This document shows positions 12,404 through 23,456 of a DNA stretch of 64,000 nt, piece by piece. A program made the translations under genes and the position numbers. The notes under the pieces were generated by a model that was given only the letters and a program-made list of their open reading frames with translations, searched no databases and was not told where the DNA came from. Origin of the DNA: Utricularia gibba (Eukaryota > Plantae > Magnoliophyta); assembly GCA_002189035.1 (NCBI GenBank), contig NEEC01000002.1:1302001-1366000 (forward strand). Reading direction: 5' to 3'. The first letter of the stretch is position 1. Each line of letters opens with the position of its first letter.

Positions 12404-13676
12404 TTAGAATGTTGATCGAGGGTTGTATTGCCTACAAGGGATTGATCAACATATGGAAGTTGCAGGCCTTGGGAGAGAAGAAGAAGAGGTTTTGATTGGC
12501 AGGAGATCACTTTTCCGTTATATATTCATGGATGGTGGATAAGCAGTACACGTGTGGCGCTGCGGATTCATAGCCGTTGGATTCAGTTTTCGTAAAACAA
12601 GTTAACGTTATTATTTGCTATATTTTAATTTAATATAAAAAATAATCCACGTGTAATAACGTCTGACAATTGCATTAAATGCCTCCTCGGCATAATATTT
12701 CGCCGAATATATCGGAATAAAATAATGTGAAAATAAAGTCTATAAGGGATGGCTTGAAAAATCCAAAAACCCGGTGCCAAGTGCACGAGATCGTGCTGAT
12801 TCTTCAGTGGGTGAATTCTGCGTCAAGGCTGGCGTCTGGATCGGCGATCCGCCACCGCGTTCCTGGTCTCTGATACGCATTCTTTATTGAATTATGTAGT
12901 TTTCGCGTTGTGTGTGAACGACGGCGCGTGGGGGAGTGGGTTCGTTAAAAGGGGTGCAGTGACTTTTCGCTACGTGTGAGCTGGCGAATCGTTAATTTCT
13001 TATTTTGGTTTTGATTTGATTTTTCGTGTCGACAGAATTTTGGAGCGTAATTTATAGAGGAGGCGAAACAGCAACTGGGCCATCTCAGTTTGTGATCTCC
13101 ATTCTTGATCGGAGGTGAGTACGGGATCCCGATTCCCGATCGTCAGGCTTTTGGTTTTTTGTTGAGTTATTGCGGAATTGAGTCTGTTGGCCCCGTCACT
13201 GACGAATTTGGGTGTTTCCCCGGCACGGATCTTTTTGGGATTGTTGTTTAGGTGGTATCTATTCATTGGATCAAAGTGATCGAGGATTTCATTGCGAATA
13301 GTTGTGTGTGTTGCCGATACAGAGCACGATTTATCTCCCCAAGAAACGTAAATTTACTTGCTTCAGATTTCTCAAAATTTTCTTGGAAGTAATTCTGGGA
13401 TTCCTCAGAACTGCGTTAGTTATAAAAATACACTATCACTTTTAGGTCGCTGATCTGCATTTGATTCTGCCGAACTGTGGGCAGGAAGTGTTTTCTTTCA
13501 TGGTGATCTCTCTAGTCGTTGTTAATTTGGAAGCAGTAATTGAGTAATATGATTTGTTTTGATCTGTTCTCTGTCTTAGTGATCTTTTGATTAGCTTTTT
13601 TTTTTCGAGAGAGGTTAGGCTGTTCTAATTCAGTGTGGTTTTGGTATTGTTAGAGAAGTTCTCAGGACCTTCAATC

Positions 13677-15024
13677 ATGTTTTCTCGCAAGAAGTGCATT
13701 GGACAAGCCAATGGGAATGTGGAGAATCTAGAGTTGAAAAAGGTGACAATAGGCAGCTTTATATGCATTTTCTTCTTGTTTTTGTGGTTGGTTGGGTAAC
13801 TTCAAAAATGATTTATTAAACTTGTCTGCAGATTAATGAGCTTAAAGCTTCTTTGGGGCCACTTTCCGGTCGCAATCGACAGTACTGCACTGATGCATGT
13901 TTGAAAAGATACCTCGTAGCACGAAACTGGAGTGTTGACAGAGCTAAAAAGATGTTGGAGGACACACTCAGATGGAGAGCTTCTTATAAGCCAGAAGAAA
14001 TCCGCTGGGTATGTGGAACATAACTCTTTCGCCTTCATGGCTCATTCATTATATTCATCTGAAATTCAGTGTTGGATCCGATGCTGATCCACTTCGAAAT
14101 GCAAACTTGGTTTACTTTTCATGTGTAGTATTTTGCGTTTCATTGATTCTAAGGATCTCTTGCAGCATGAAGTTGCAATTGAAGGTGAGACAGGCAAGGT
14201 ATTCAGGGCAAATTTCCATGACCGCTATGGTAGAACTGTCCTTATACTCAGACCAGGACTGCAGGTTGTTTTAAGTATCCCTTTTAACTAGCTACAACTA
14301 ACGCATCATGGCTTAGGCATTATAGTTGAAATTGAATCACGGGCACTCATTTATTGTCTTGCCTTATCTTAAATTGAAATGGCTCGTTAAACTTACCTTT
14401 GTTGTTTTTGGTTACTCAGAACACAACTTCCATTGAAAACCAGATAAAACATCTGGTGTATCTCATTGAAAATGCCATACTCAACCTTCCACAAGGGCAA
14501 GAACAGATGGTATGGTTGATTGACTTCAATGGTTGGTCTTTCAGCACAAAGATTCCTCTCAAGTCTGCTAGGGACTCAGCCAATATTCTTCAGAATCACT
14601 ATCCGGAGAGACTTGCCATTGCATTTCTCTACAACCCCCCTCGCATGTTCGAAGCATTTTGGAAGGTTTGTTACAAAAAGATCTTTATATAGCAGCCAGG
14701 TAACTCCCTCCCTCTCTCTCGACACTGCTTTTCTTACACCGTCCTTGTATCCTATCCCAGGTGGTTAAGTATTTTCTGGACCAGAAAACCTTCGACAAAG
14801 TGAAGTTTGTATACTCAAATAACAAGGAGAGCATCGAGCTCATGAGTACCTTCTTCGATGTTGATAATCTTCCCACAGAGTTCGGAGGCAAAGCAACTCT
14901 GCAATATGATCATGAGGAGTTCTCCAGGCAAATGACGGAGGATGACTTGAAATCTGCAAACGTATGGGGCTCTGAAGTAGCTACTGAGCTTGATCTTAAT
15001 CCTGTTGCTCAGCCAGTGAACTAA
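13677..15024 (+). CDS. Sec14p-like CRAL-TRIO lipid-transfer protein
   Basis: Spliced exons encode CTDACLKRYLVARNWSVDRAKKMLEDTLRWR, GETGKVFRANFHDRYGRTVLILRPG, EQMVWLIDFNGW, LQNHYPERLAIAFLYNPP, LPTEFGG. Confidence 0.93.
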
Positions 15025-15453
15025 TTTTAGAACTACAGGCAACCTTTTATAATAAAACGGGATTAACCGATCAATTACTTTCTAGCCTCTATGGCTTGTT
15101 AACTGTGCACTGGATATAGTATGAATCATGGTTTACTACATTACTCTCTCATTCCATAACCGAACATATGGTTTAGGTGCGCTTCAATGGAAAGCAGATT
15201 TGGTTGTATTTACAACACCTGGGAGACTCAGCAGTAAGAAAAATAACATTATCACGATTCTTGTATCGTGCATCCATCATATACATTGCCGCACACAGTT
15301 AGATATGTGAGTAAAATACTAATGATCCGGCTATCGAAATATGGAAACAAACAGCAAGCTGAAACATAAACAATTTCTAAGCATCAGGGTAGCTAACTGT
15401 TTGCTTTGATTGATGCTCCGCTCCAGCCAGTTGATCCCTCAGCTCAACTGAAA

Positions 15454-16735
15454 TCATACCTTATCATCATGGAACCACCATCTTGTCTCCTTTGGAGATC
15501 GGCCATTCTTGCAGTTCTTTACATAACGATCGTTGTCAGTGGGACGTTGCTACAGGTCAAGAGGGGTGAGATGAGTGCCACCATATGACGCAAGTCTAGT
15601 TTATCTGGAAAATGGAGCTAGATACCTTTTCTGTAGAGCTTGATAGCATGGAGAGAATGCTGATGCAGATCGAACTCACTGTCATGGCTGGTGACCACGA
15701 GTCGTATAGGATATCTGCAAGAATGGATACATATATGTACAACTTTCAATTTCCATACAACTCACCAGTTGAAAAATCATATCTTTTTTGAGCTTGTAAC
15801 GAGTGAACGTTGATGATATCAAAAACTTCGAAATGATAATTTCAGAACTGTCTTTCAGTTGATGGTTAGAAAAGAAGTCTTAACACGTCCAATCCAGCCA
15901 ATAAAGAATGAATGCTCATGCAACAGCAGACCTACCCAGAATAGTCCTCAAAGGCAATAGAGAGGTTCATAAATAACTACAAAAGTTCAGCAGGACTGCA
16001 CGAAAGATCCCCTTCATGGGATCTCAAAAGTAATTTCTTTCTGATATCCCAAACAAGAAAAACGACCAAGCATAAATGACAAAAAAGATCATGGCTTTGA
16101 GAAAACTCACCTAAACATATATGGCCATTACTATAAATGTGAGGATGCATGGGAGCAGGGGGAACAAATATGACCTGTTGAACAAGACATCACAGAACCT
16201 TTCAGTTCATCACTAATACAACCAGAAAATTCGCTACTTTCAACTTCTTCCCAAAATTTGCGAAAGGAAAACACAAAACTGAACCTGTGGGGCCTCCATC
16301 GGGTAATGTTCTGGAAAATCTACTTGAAGCTGATAAGTTTCGCCCGCATAAAGCGTACCCGGGGCCCCGCTCACTTCAATCACCCATCTAATCATATGGA
16401 TGGTGAATCAATTAGATGCCGGATTCAGAAAAAAAGAACAATGAACACATAATCAAGACCCGCACCTCTGAAGATTATCAGTAACCTTGTGCTTGAAACC
16501 CGCTGGCGGATTCACCTGCCATTCCACAAGCTCTTTCTGCAACCGATTGCATGCGATCTTGCTCAGCGCCTTCGCAGCCCCAAAATCGAAACCCACAACA
16601 AAAAACCACAAACAGGCAGCAATCAATAAATGAAATCGCACAATCACTGATCCATAGACGCCGACGCAAACTACCAGAGGAATATTCAACAGATAAAAGG
16701 GAAACCTTGCGTGAAGAAGCCGAGTGGGAGGTCAT
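15454..16735 (-). CDS. UBC18: Ubiquitin-conjugating enzyme E2, UBC16/17/18 (UBE2W-like), 6 exons
   Basis: MTSHSASSRK|ALSKIACNRLQKELVEWQVNPP..|WVIEV..FPEHYPMEAPQ|VIFVPPAPMHPHIYSNGHICL|DILYDSWSPAMTVSS..|..RWWFHDDKV*. Confidence 0.95.
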
Positions 16736-17404
16736 GGCGAATGCAGAAAATTCGAGAAGCTTTCCAAGAAGAAAGTCGAGATGCAACGATGTGAAGGGTG
16801 TAATAAACAAATGGCTTTGTCTTGCGGAACATAATTCAGATATTTTCAATAAACACAATTTGTAATAAAAAAAAAGTATTTCTTTAATTTATTTCCTAAT
16901 AAAAAATAGTTAAATATTATTTAATGATGGATACTTTTTGGGATTGCCAATTAAAATAAATTATTATCTGTATTTTAAACGCGCGGAAAATGATCAAATT
17001 GATGTACTTTGAAATAAAAATAATGAATTAATATCCTTTTATTGTATTTGTATTTTTATACGAAAAAATGCATTTTAAAAAATGAAATGCAAAGTTGAAA
17101 GGAAAAGGAAAGCACACCGGTTTTGTTGTCGTCCGCCACACACAAGAACTTCAATGGCTTCCGCCGCCACCTCCTCCACGGAAACCCCTCCTCTACTGCA
17201 ACGGCGCTGCCCGAACTCTGCATTCTTCTCCATGTTCCTCGTCCACTTCCTCCTCACTCTCACACTTAAGCCCATCTCCTCCCCTTTTCCGTAACTCCAT
17301 TTCTCCGACCGCCGACGGCGCACAGCCTCCCTCCGCTGCCACTCACACCACACTAGCATCTCCTCCCATGATCTGGTTGAGCTCCCTCTTCTCCCTCTCC
17401 CGGC

Positions 17405-17655
17405 TGTTGAACGTCGCCTTGAGGTGTTGTCAAGTAAGCAAGAACCGCAGGTGTCTACGGTGAAGGATGATGCTGGTTCTGTGGTGAAAAAATGAAGCCA
17501 TGGGCATTATCAATTGGGCCGTTTTGTTCTCGTGAACCCTTAGATATAAATAGAACTTATCTCATGTAATTTTTTCCATCTTTTTCTTTTTTGCGGCAAT
17601 GAATAGTGTTTCCCTATCCTGTGCTCTCTGTTCTGTAAACGTATGAACCTCTTCA
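17405..17655 (+). repeat. 5' LTR (251 bp)
   Basis: TGTTGAACG...CCTCTTCA; direct repeat of 22115-22367; internal TATAAATA. Confidence 0.96.
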
Positions 17656-17667
17656 TGGTATCAGAGC
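17656..17667 (+). other. Primer-binding site complementary to the tRNA-iMet 3' end
   Basis: TGGTATCAGAGC immediately after the 5' LTR. Confidence 0.95.
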
Positions 17668-17721
17668 TTCAGTCTTCCATTCCTGTGCTCAAACTTCAAT
17701 CTTAATGCTGTCATAGCTATT

Positions 17722-20700
17722 ATGAATCCCATTGGTGCACCCACGTTGCCAATATTTACTAGTAGCAACTACCCTCAATGGGTTTTCAAGATAACACCTT
17801 ACCTGAAACTAAAACATCTTTGGTCAGTGGTTATCAAAGAACCCATTGCACCCATCTTACCCAAAGAGCCTACAGATGCCGAGCTCAAGTTGTTCGAGCA
17901 GTTTGAGGACTCAAAAGTATGCTGCTGTTACCATTCTTCATGCTGCCCTATCTGAAGATGTTTTTGACAAAATAGCTACTTGTAGTACTCCCAAACAGAT
18001 ATGGGACAAGCTGCAAGAGATATATGGAGGTGGAGACAAAATGAAAAAATACAACAGACGAAGCTTAATGGAAGAGTTCTAGCGCAACGAGATGGGAGAT
18101 CATGAGACTCTCAAGTAGTACGCCGACAGAACATCCAAGCTCGTCAATGAGATTCGCGCGCTAGGAGAAGATCTTCCAGATTCCAAGGTCATTGAGAAGG
18201 CCATGATGAGTCTGCCAGAGCATTTTGAAGCTAAGTTATGTGCTATAGAACTTGAAGAAAAAATCAGAAAGATTACAGGGCATGAAGAAGATATGACTTT
18301 CTCTGAATTTATCGGCGAATTGCAGTCCTCTGAGAAGCGCATGCAGCTTCGTGAAAAAAGAAGTTCCAATATCCAAGCTGAATCTGTGTTGTTTACAAAA
18401 GGAAATATGGCATCCGAGAATACAGGAAAAGGATCCGCAAGTAACTCATCAACACTCACAGCAAGAAAATGCAGTTATTGCTGGAAAAAAAATGCCCCTT
18501 GTGTATGCATTGCAAGAAACCATTTCATAAGTCAGAGCTATGCTGGTATCACCCTGAGGCTAAATGCAGTCATTGCAAGGCCAAAGGACACGTCGAGAAA
18601 GTCTGTCCCACAAAGACAGCAACTAAGAGTGAAACAGCAAAGTCAGATAAGAACACAGGACAGGATCAATCCGCAGCACTCACCTATTTTGAAGGTTCAA
18701 GAGAAATATCTCTCCTAGATGTTGGTGATGTTGAATTCGTCCTCATGTCCAGAATAGATCCATCAAAAAAGGGATGATACGTGGATAGTGGAGCCACTTG
18801 TCATGTGTGCGCAAATTTAAAATACTTCATTTCCATAACTAAAGTTGTTGATAGTAATGTATGGGGATCAACCGGACACGCTATCAAGATTCTAGGTAAA
18901 GGGACTATTAGACTACCTGCTCAAACCGGGTTCTTCATTATCGAAAATGTGTGTTATGCACCTGAAATTGTGCAAAATCTCCTCAGCATAGGCCAACTCC
19001 AACGTCAAGGATTCAATCTACAACTGAAAAAAGAAGGAGTTTTGATTACAAGTCCGAACAAACTTCAATCTATGGTGGCCATGTGCTTACACAACAACTT
19101 GTACAAACTGAGCTTCCCGGACCCTCTAATTCTAGCTTCTTCAGTCTCAGAAGACTCACGGTTATGGCATAAACGTCTGGGACACTGCAGCATAAACAAC
19201 ATGAAGATCATGCAACAAAATGGAATTATCAGTGAATTAAAGGATATCAAATTTGCTGATTTTTGCTGCGATACGTGTCAAAAAGGCAAGCAGTACGCAA
19301 GTCATACCGGATTAGCAACACAGTCAGCACTACTAAACTTGAGTTGATACATACCGATTTATGTGGTCCATTCAAGGAAGCTTCATTGAACGGCAGTAAG
19401 TACCTATTGACTTTTATTGATGATTTTTCGAAATACTGTTGGATTTTTTTCTGCAATCAAAGTCTGAAACCATCACCAAGTTTAAACTCTTTAAAGCCAT
19501 GGCAGAAAAACAGAGTGAGAAGAAAATCAAGGTGCTTCGATCTGATAATGGAGGTGAGTATACCTCCAAAGCCTTCACGGATCTATGCTGCAATGAAGGT
19601 ATTCTACATCAATTTACTGCGCCGTATACTCCTGAACAAAACGGCGTGAGTGAACGCAAAAACCGCACCATTCTGGAAATGACTCATTGCCTTCTATTCG
19701 AAAAAAAATTACCTCTCTGTTTCTGGGCAGAAGCCGCATGCACAGTTGTGTACTTGTTGAATATGTTGCCATCTCGAGTTATTAATGGTAGGTCTTCTTA
19801 TGAACTTTGGACAGGAAAACCTGCAACCATTGGGCATCTAAAAGTATTCGGATCATTGTGTTATGTGCATGTGCCCAAGGAGAAGCGGACTAAGTTGCAA
19901 GAAAAGGTTCAAATTGGTATTTTTGTTGGTTACAGCTTAGCCACAAAGGGCTACCGTGTTTATGTACCTGATACACAGACGTTACTCATCAGCAACGATG
20001 TGACATTTGATGAATCTGCAGCATATACTATGCTGAACGCACACATTGCCCTGCCAGGTCATGATCCTTCTCGTGGCCAGCCATCTTCCGCACCTGAGTC
20101 AACTCCTGAACGGTCTACACATCGTGTCCAACTTCCTGCCATTATTAACAGCCAGATATTATCAGAGAATATGCTAGAAGGTCAAGCACCTGAATTCGAC
20201 AACATCACTATCACTAGAGAACATCAAGATGACTCTACTCCTACTTCTCAAGATGAGATACAGAGTGTTAATGATGAAGGATTCTCTTCAGCCAATCATA
20301 TAGGGGTTACAAGGTCACCTGTTCCTGTTGCTGAACATGAGGAATATCATGGTACCCAAGACTCTGATAATACTTCCTCTGACACGGATGATTATGATCG
20401 CCCTACTGAAGTTAAACGTAAGTGGCCTCTGTTTGATGTGTTGAATTCTTCATCAGCCGTTAGACCTAGAACAGTGTATAGCTCATCAGATGAATCATCA
20501 GCTTACAGTGTGGATGTCTTATCCTGCTACGCTGTATCTGATCCTTCCAGTTATGTTGAGGCATGCAAAGACAGAAGCTGGGTGACTGCTATGGATGCTG
20601 AGATGGAATCCATTAAAGAAAATGATACATGGGACTTAGTTGATCAACCGAAGAATATGCCTGGTAAACTGATCGGTACAAAATGGATCTACAAGACTAA

Positions 20701-22074
20701 ATTCAATGCGGATGGTTCAGAAAATAAAAAGAAAGCAAGATTGGTAGCCCAAGGTTTTTCACAAATAGCTGGCGTAAATTACCATGAAATCTTTGCTCCA
20801 GTTACCCGATTGGAGACTATTAAACTCCTTCTCGCTATCGCTGCAAGTCAAAACTGGGAGGTTCATCACATGGATGTAAAGACCGCATTCTTGAATGGAA
20901 TCATTACAGAAGATATATATTGTCAACAACCTGAAGGCTATATTAAACCTGGACAAGAACATAAAGTCTTGAAGTTAAAAAAGGCATTATATGGTCTGAA
21001 ACAAGCCCCAAGGGCCTGGAATGAGCGCATAAATATTTTTTTCGAGTCACATGGATTGATTCCAGTATCTGGAGAGCAAACTCTATATCACAAAATTGAT
21101 GGAGATGACAAACTATTAGTGAGTATTTATGTTGATGACCTGCTGATCACCTCCAACAATACCAAATTGATTTGTGAATTTAAAGAAAAACTCAAGACTG
21201 AGTTCAAAATGACAGATTTGGGACATATGCATTATTATCTTGGTATAGAGGTTCATCAGACCAAGAACACCGGTTTTTTTCTAAGTCAAAAAAAATATGC
21301 ACTTGAGCTAGTGATGAAATTTGGCATGAGTGATGCTAACAGCTGCAGAACACCGATGGAAGCAAAGAAAACAGTAACAATGGATGAGAGTGAGCCGTTA
21401 GCTGATCCTAGTCTGTATCGAAGCCTAATTGGGAGCCTGAATTTTCTATCTCAAACTAGACTAGACATATGCTATTGTGTTAATGTCCTGTCTAGACATA
21501 TGAAAAATCCGAGAACAAATCATCTAAATTATGCTCGAAGAGTTCTGAGGTACATCAAAAGAACAGCAGATTTTGGCATCTTCTACCCATATTATGAAGG
21601 AACCTATCCACGACTCAGAGCATATACTGACAGTGACTTTGCAGGAAGTCAAGATGCAAGGAGCACATCGGGTTATATTATTTACCTCAATGAAAGTCCA
21701 TTTTCTTGGTGTACAAAAAAACAGTCTGTTGTTGCGTAATCCACTGCTGAGGCTGAGTACATTTCAGCATCTTTGGCCTCGAATCAGTGTTTATGGCTCC
21801 GTCAACTTCTGGAAGATATTGGATTTCCACAAACAGAAGCGACGCCCTTACATATTGATAACCAATCTGCTATTCAGATAGCCAACAAATCATGTCAATT
21901 CAGCAAGGCTAAGCATGCAAGTGAAGTTTCATACCATCAGACATGCTGTAAAAGCAAAATTTGTTACTCTGGTATATACCCAATCCAAGGAACAACTTGC
22001 AGATATTCTTACCAAACCACTTGGAAGGATTGAGTTTGAAAGACTAAGAAAGCAAATTGGAGTAAAAGAGGAAG
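17722..22074 (+). pseudogene. Copia gag-pol polyprotein, interrupted by stops and frameshifts
   Basis: Two CCHC knuckles (CMHCKKPFHKSELC, CSHCKAKGHVEKVC), protease VDSGATCHV preceded by TGA, LWHKRLGH, integrase CDTCQKGK / IHTDLCGP / RSDNGGEY / [18 protein letters not shown], RNase H DSDFAG, SWCTKKQSVVA*STAEAEY. The 3' end is approximate. Confidence 0.93.
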
Positions 22075-22103
22075 CAGACTTCTGTAGCCTCACCTCCTCA
22101 GTC

Positions 22104-22114
22104 GACAGGGAGGC
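22104..22114 (+). other. Polypurine tract
   Basis: GACAGGGAGGC directly precedes TG of the 3' LTR. Confidence 0.75.
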
Positions 22115-22367
22115 TGTTAAACGTCGCCTTAGAGGTGTTGTCAAGTAAGTAAGAACCGCAGCTGTCTACGTTGAAGGATGATGCTGGTTCTGTGGTGAAA
22201 AAATGAAGCCATGGGCCCTTATCAATTGGGCCGTTTTGTTCTCGTGAACCCTTGGATATAAATAGAATTTATCTCATGTAATTTTTTCCATCTTTTTCTT
22301 TTTTGCGGCAATGAATAGTGTTTTCCTATACTGTGGTCTCTGTTCTGTAAACGTATGAACCTCTTCA
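22115..22367 (+). repeat. 3' LTR (253 bp)
   Basis: TGTTAAACG...CCTCTTCA; by manual alignment about 10 substitutions and 2 one-base indels versus the 5' LTR. Confidence 0.96.
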
Positions 22368-23100
22368 CCGGCGCGATCTTGCCTCTTCAGATTTTCGAAT
22401 TCCGTTATCGAATGATGATGCCCATCTACTCCGACTCCGCCGCCAACGTCGGCTGCGAAGTCATCAACCATTAGCGTCCTGGTCTGCAAAGTGCAGGAGC
22501 GCTTCCAGGTCCGCTCCAAACACGATCTGGATTCACTGGCGAACGAAGTCCAGAGCTTCATGAAGGATGTGATCAGGCCCTCCAATCGACAGAACCGGAA
22601 AGCCGGCGAAAAAGAAGGAACCTTTTCCCGACGCCGTTCTCCTTTTTCGGGAGCAGCAAGCACTCCTGGAGCTCGTGGATACTGCGTCGAGGTTGAAAAG
22701 GGAGAAGGAGACTCTGAGGTTTACAGTTTACTTGACCGCTGCTTCTGCTATCTACATAGCAAACAGCAGCACTCTTTGTGTAGGCTTCCTTTGCTTTTCC
22801 GGTCCCCACGAGTAGTCGCATAGTAGAAAATAGAGTTGAAATAAAAATTAATTTTTAATTGTATTTATTATAAAATATTTAGAAACGTGAAATTTATAAT
22901 TTCTTTTTTTCAATTTTATAAAATATATTAAATCTAATATAATAAATCATGGGTTCAAATTGAATGTATTGATTTTAAAATGTTATCCTAATAAAATTAA
23001 ATTGGAATCGTTAGAAAGATTATGTAACCCTGGATTGGAATGTGTCGACTATGGAGCACATTTTTTGTCTTATTTTTTAAAAAAGAAATAAATAAAAAGA

Positions 23101-23115
23101 GGGGGGGGGGGGGGG
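23101..23115 (+). repeat. Poly-G tract (~15 nt) upstream of COPA
   Basis: Run of G after an A-rich stretch. Confidence 0.8.
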
Positions 23116-23456
23116 AGAAAGTTATTGTTTAATTTAGGAGGGGTCATGGTGCAATTACCTAGAAATGAGTGGCTAAGGCAAGGGTTGAATTTGACAGAAA
23201 TCGACCGTACTCCATATACTACAAATTTGGGACGGTAATCCTCCTCGCCGATGAGATTTGAAGAAAGTGAAATCCGATTATCATTCCACGGATCCTGAAA
23301 TTTTACCTCTCCGGATCGAAACGTGACGCCCCACAAACAAAGCCGCCACTTGTGCAGCCTGCAATTACCTCTCCGGATCTCGAGTCGTGCGTTCGAGAGA
23401 GCTTTGGCTGGAATCGGGATCCCGTCTTTTGGAAATTCCATAAGGGAGATTGTGAA

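Larger units (their letters stand above)
17405..22367 (+). mobile_element. Full-length Ty1/copia LTR retrotransposon (short-LTR type), degenerate
   Basis: TG...CA LTRs 17405-17655 and 22115-22367; CCGGC TSD at 17400-17404 and 22368-22372; PBS; PPT; domain order gag-PR-INT-RT-RH. Confidence 0.97.
17154..22760 (+). pseudogene. Plastid LON peptidase N-terminal-domain protein pseudogene, split by the copia element (pieces 17154-17404 and 22368-~22760)
   Basis: Left piece: transit-peptide-like MASAATSS.., premature TAA 17292-17294, RRRRTASLRC..DLVELPLLPLP. Right piece: PGAILPLQIFEFRYRMMM, IYSD..VGC.EV, LVCKVQERF, DLDSLANEVQSFMKDVIR, NLFPTPFSFF, EQQALLELVDTASRLKREKETLR..YLTAASA in shifting frames. 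Confidence 0.88.

Noticed and set aside
22491-22823. 110-aa ORF after the 3' LTR as a new gene
   Set aside because: It is one frame of the LON-N pseudogene remnant with a GTG start.
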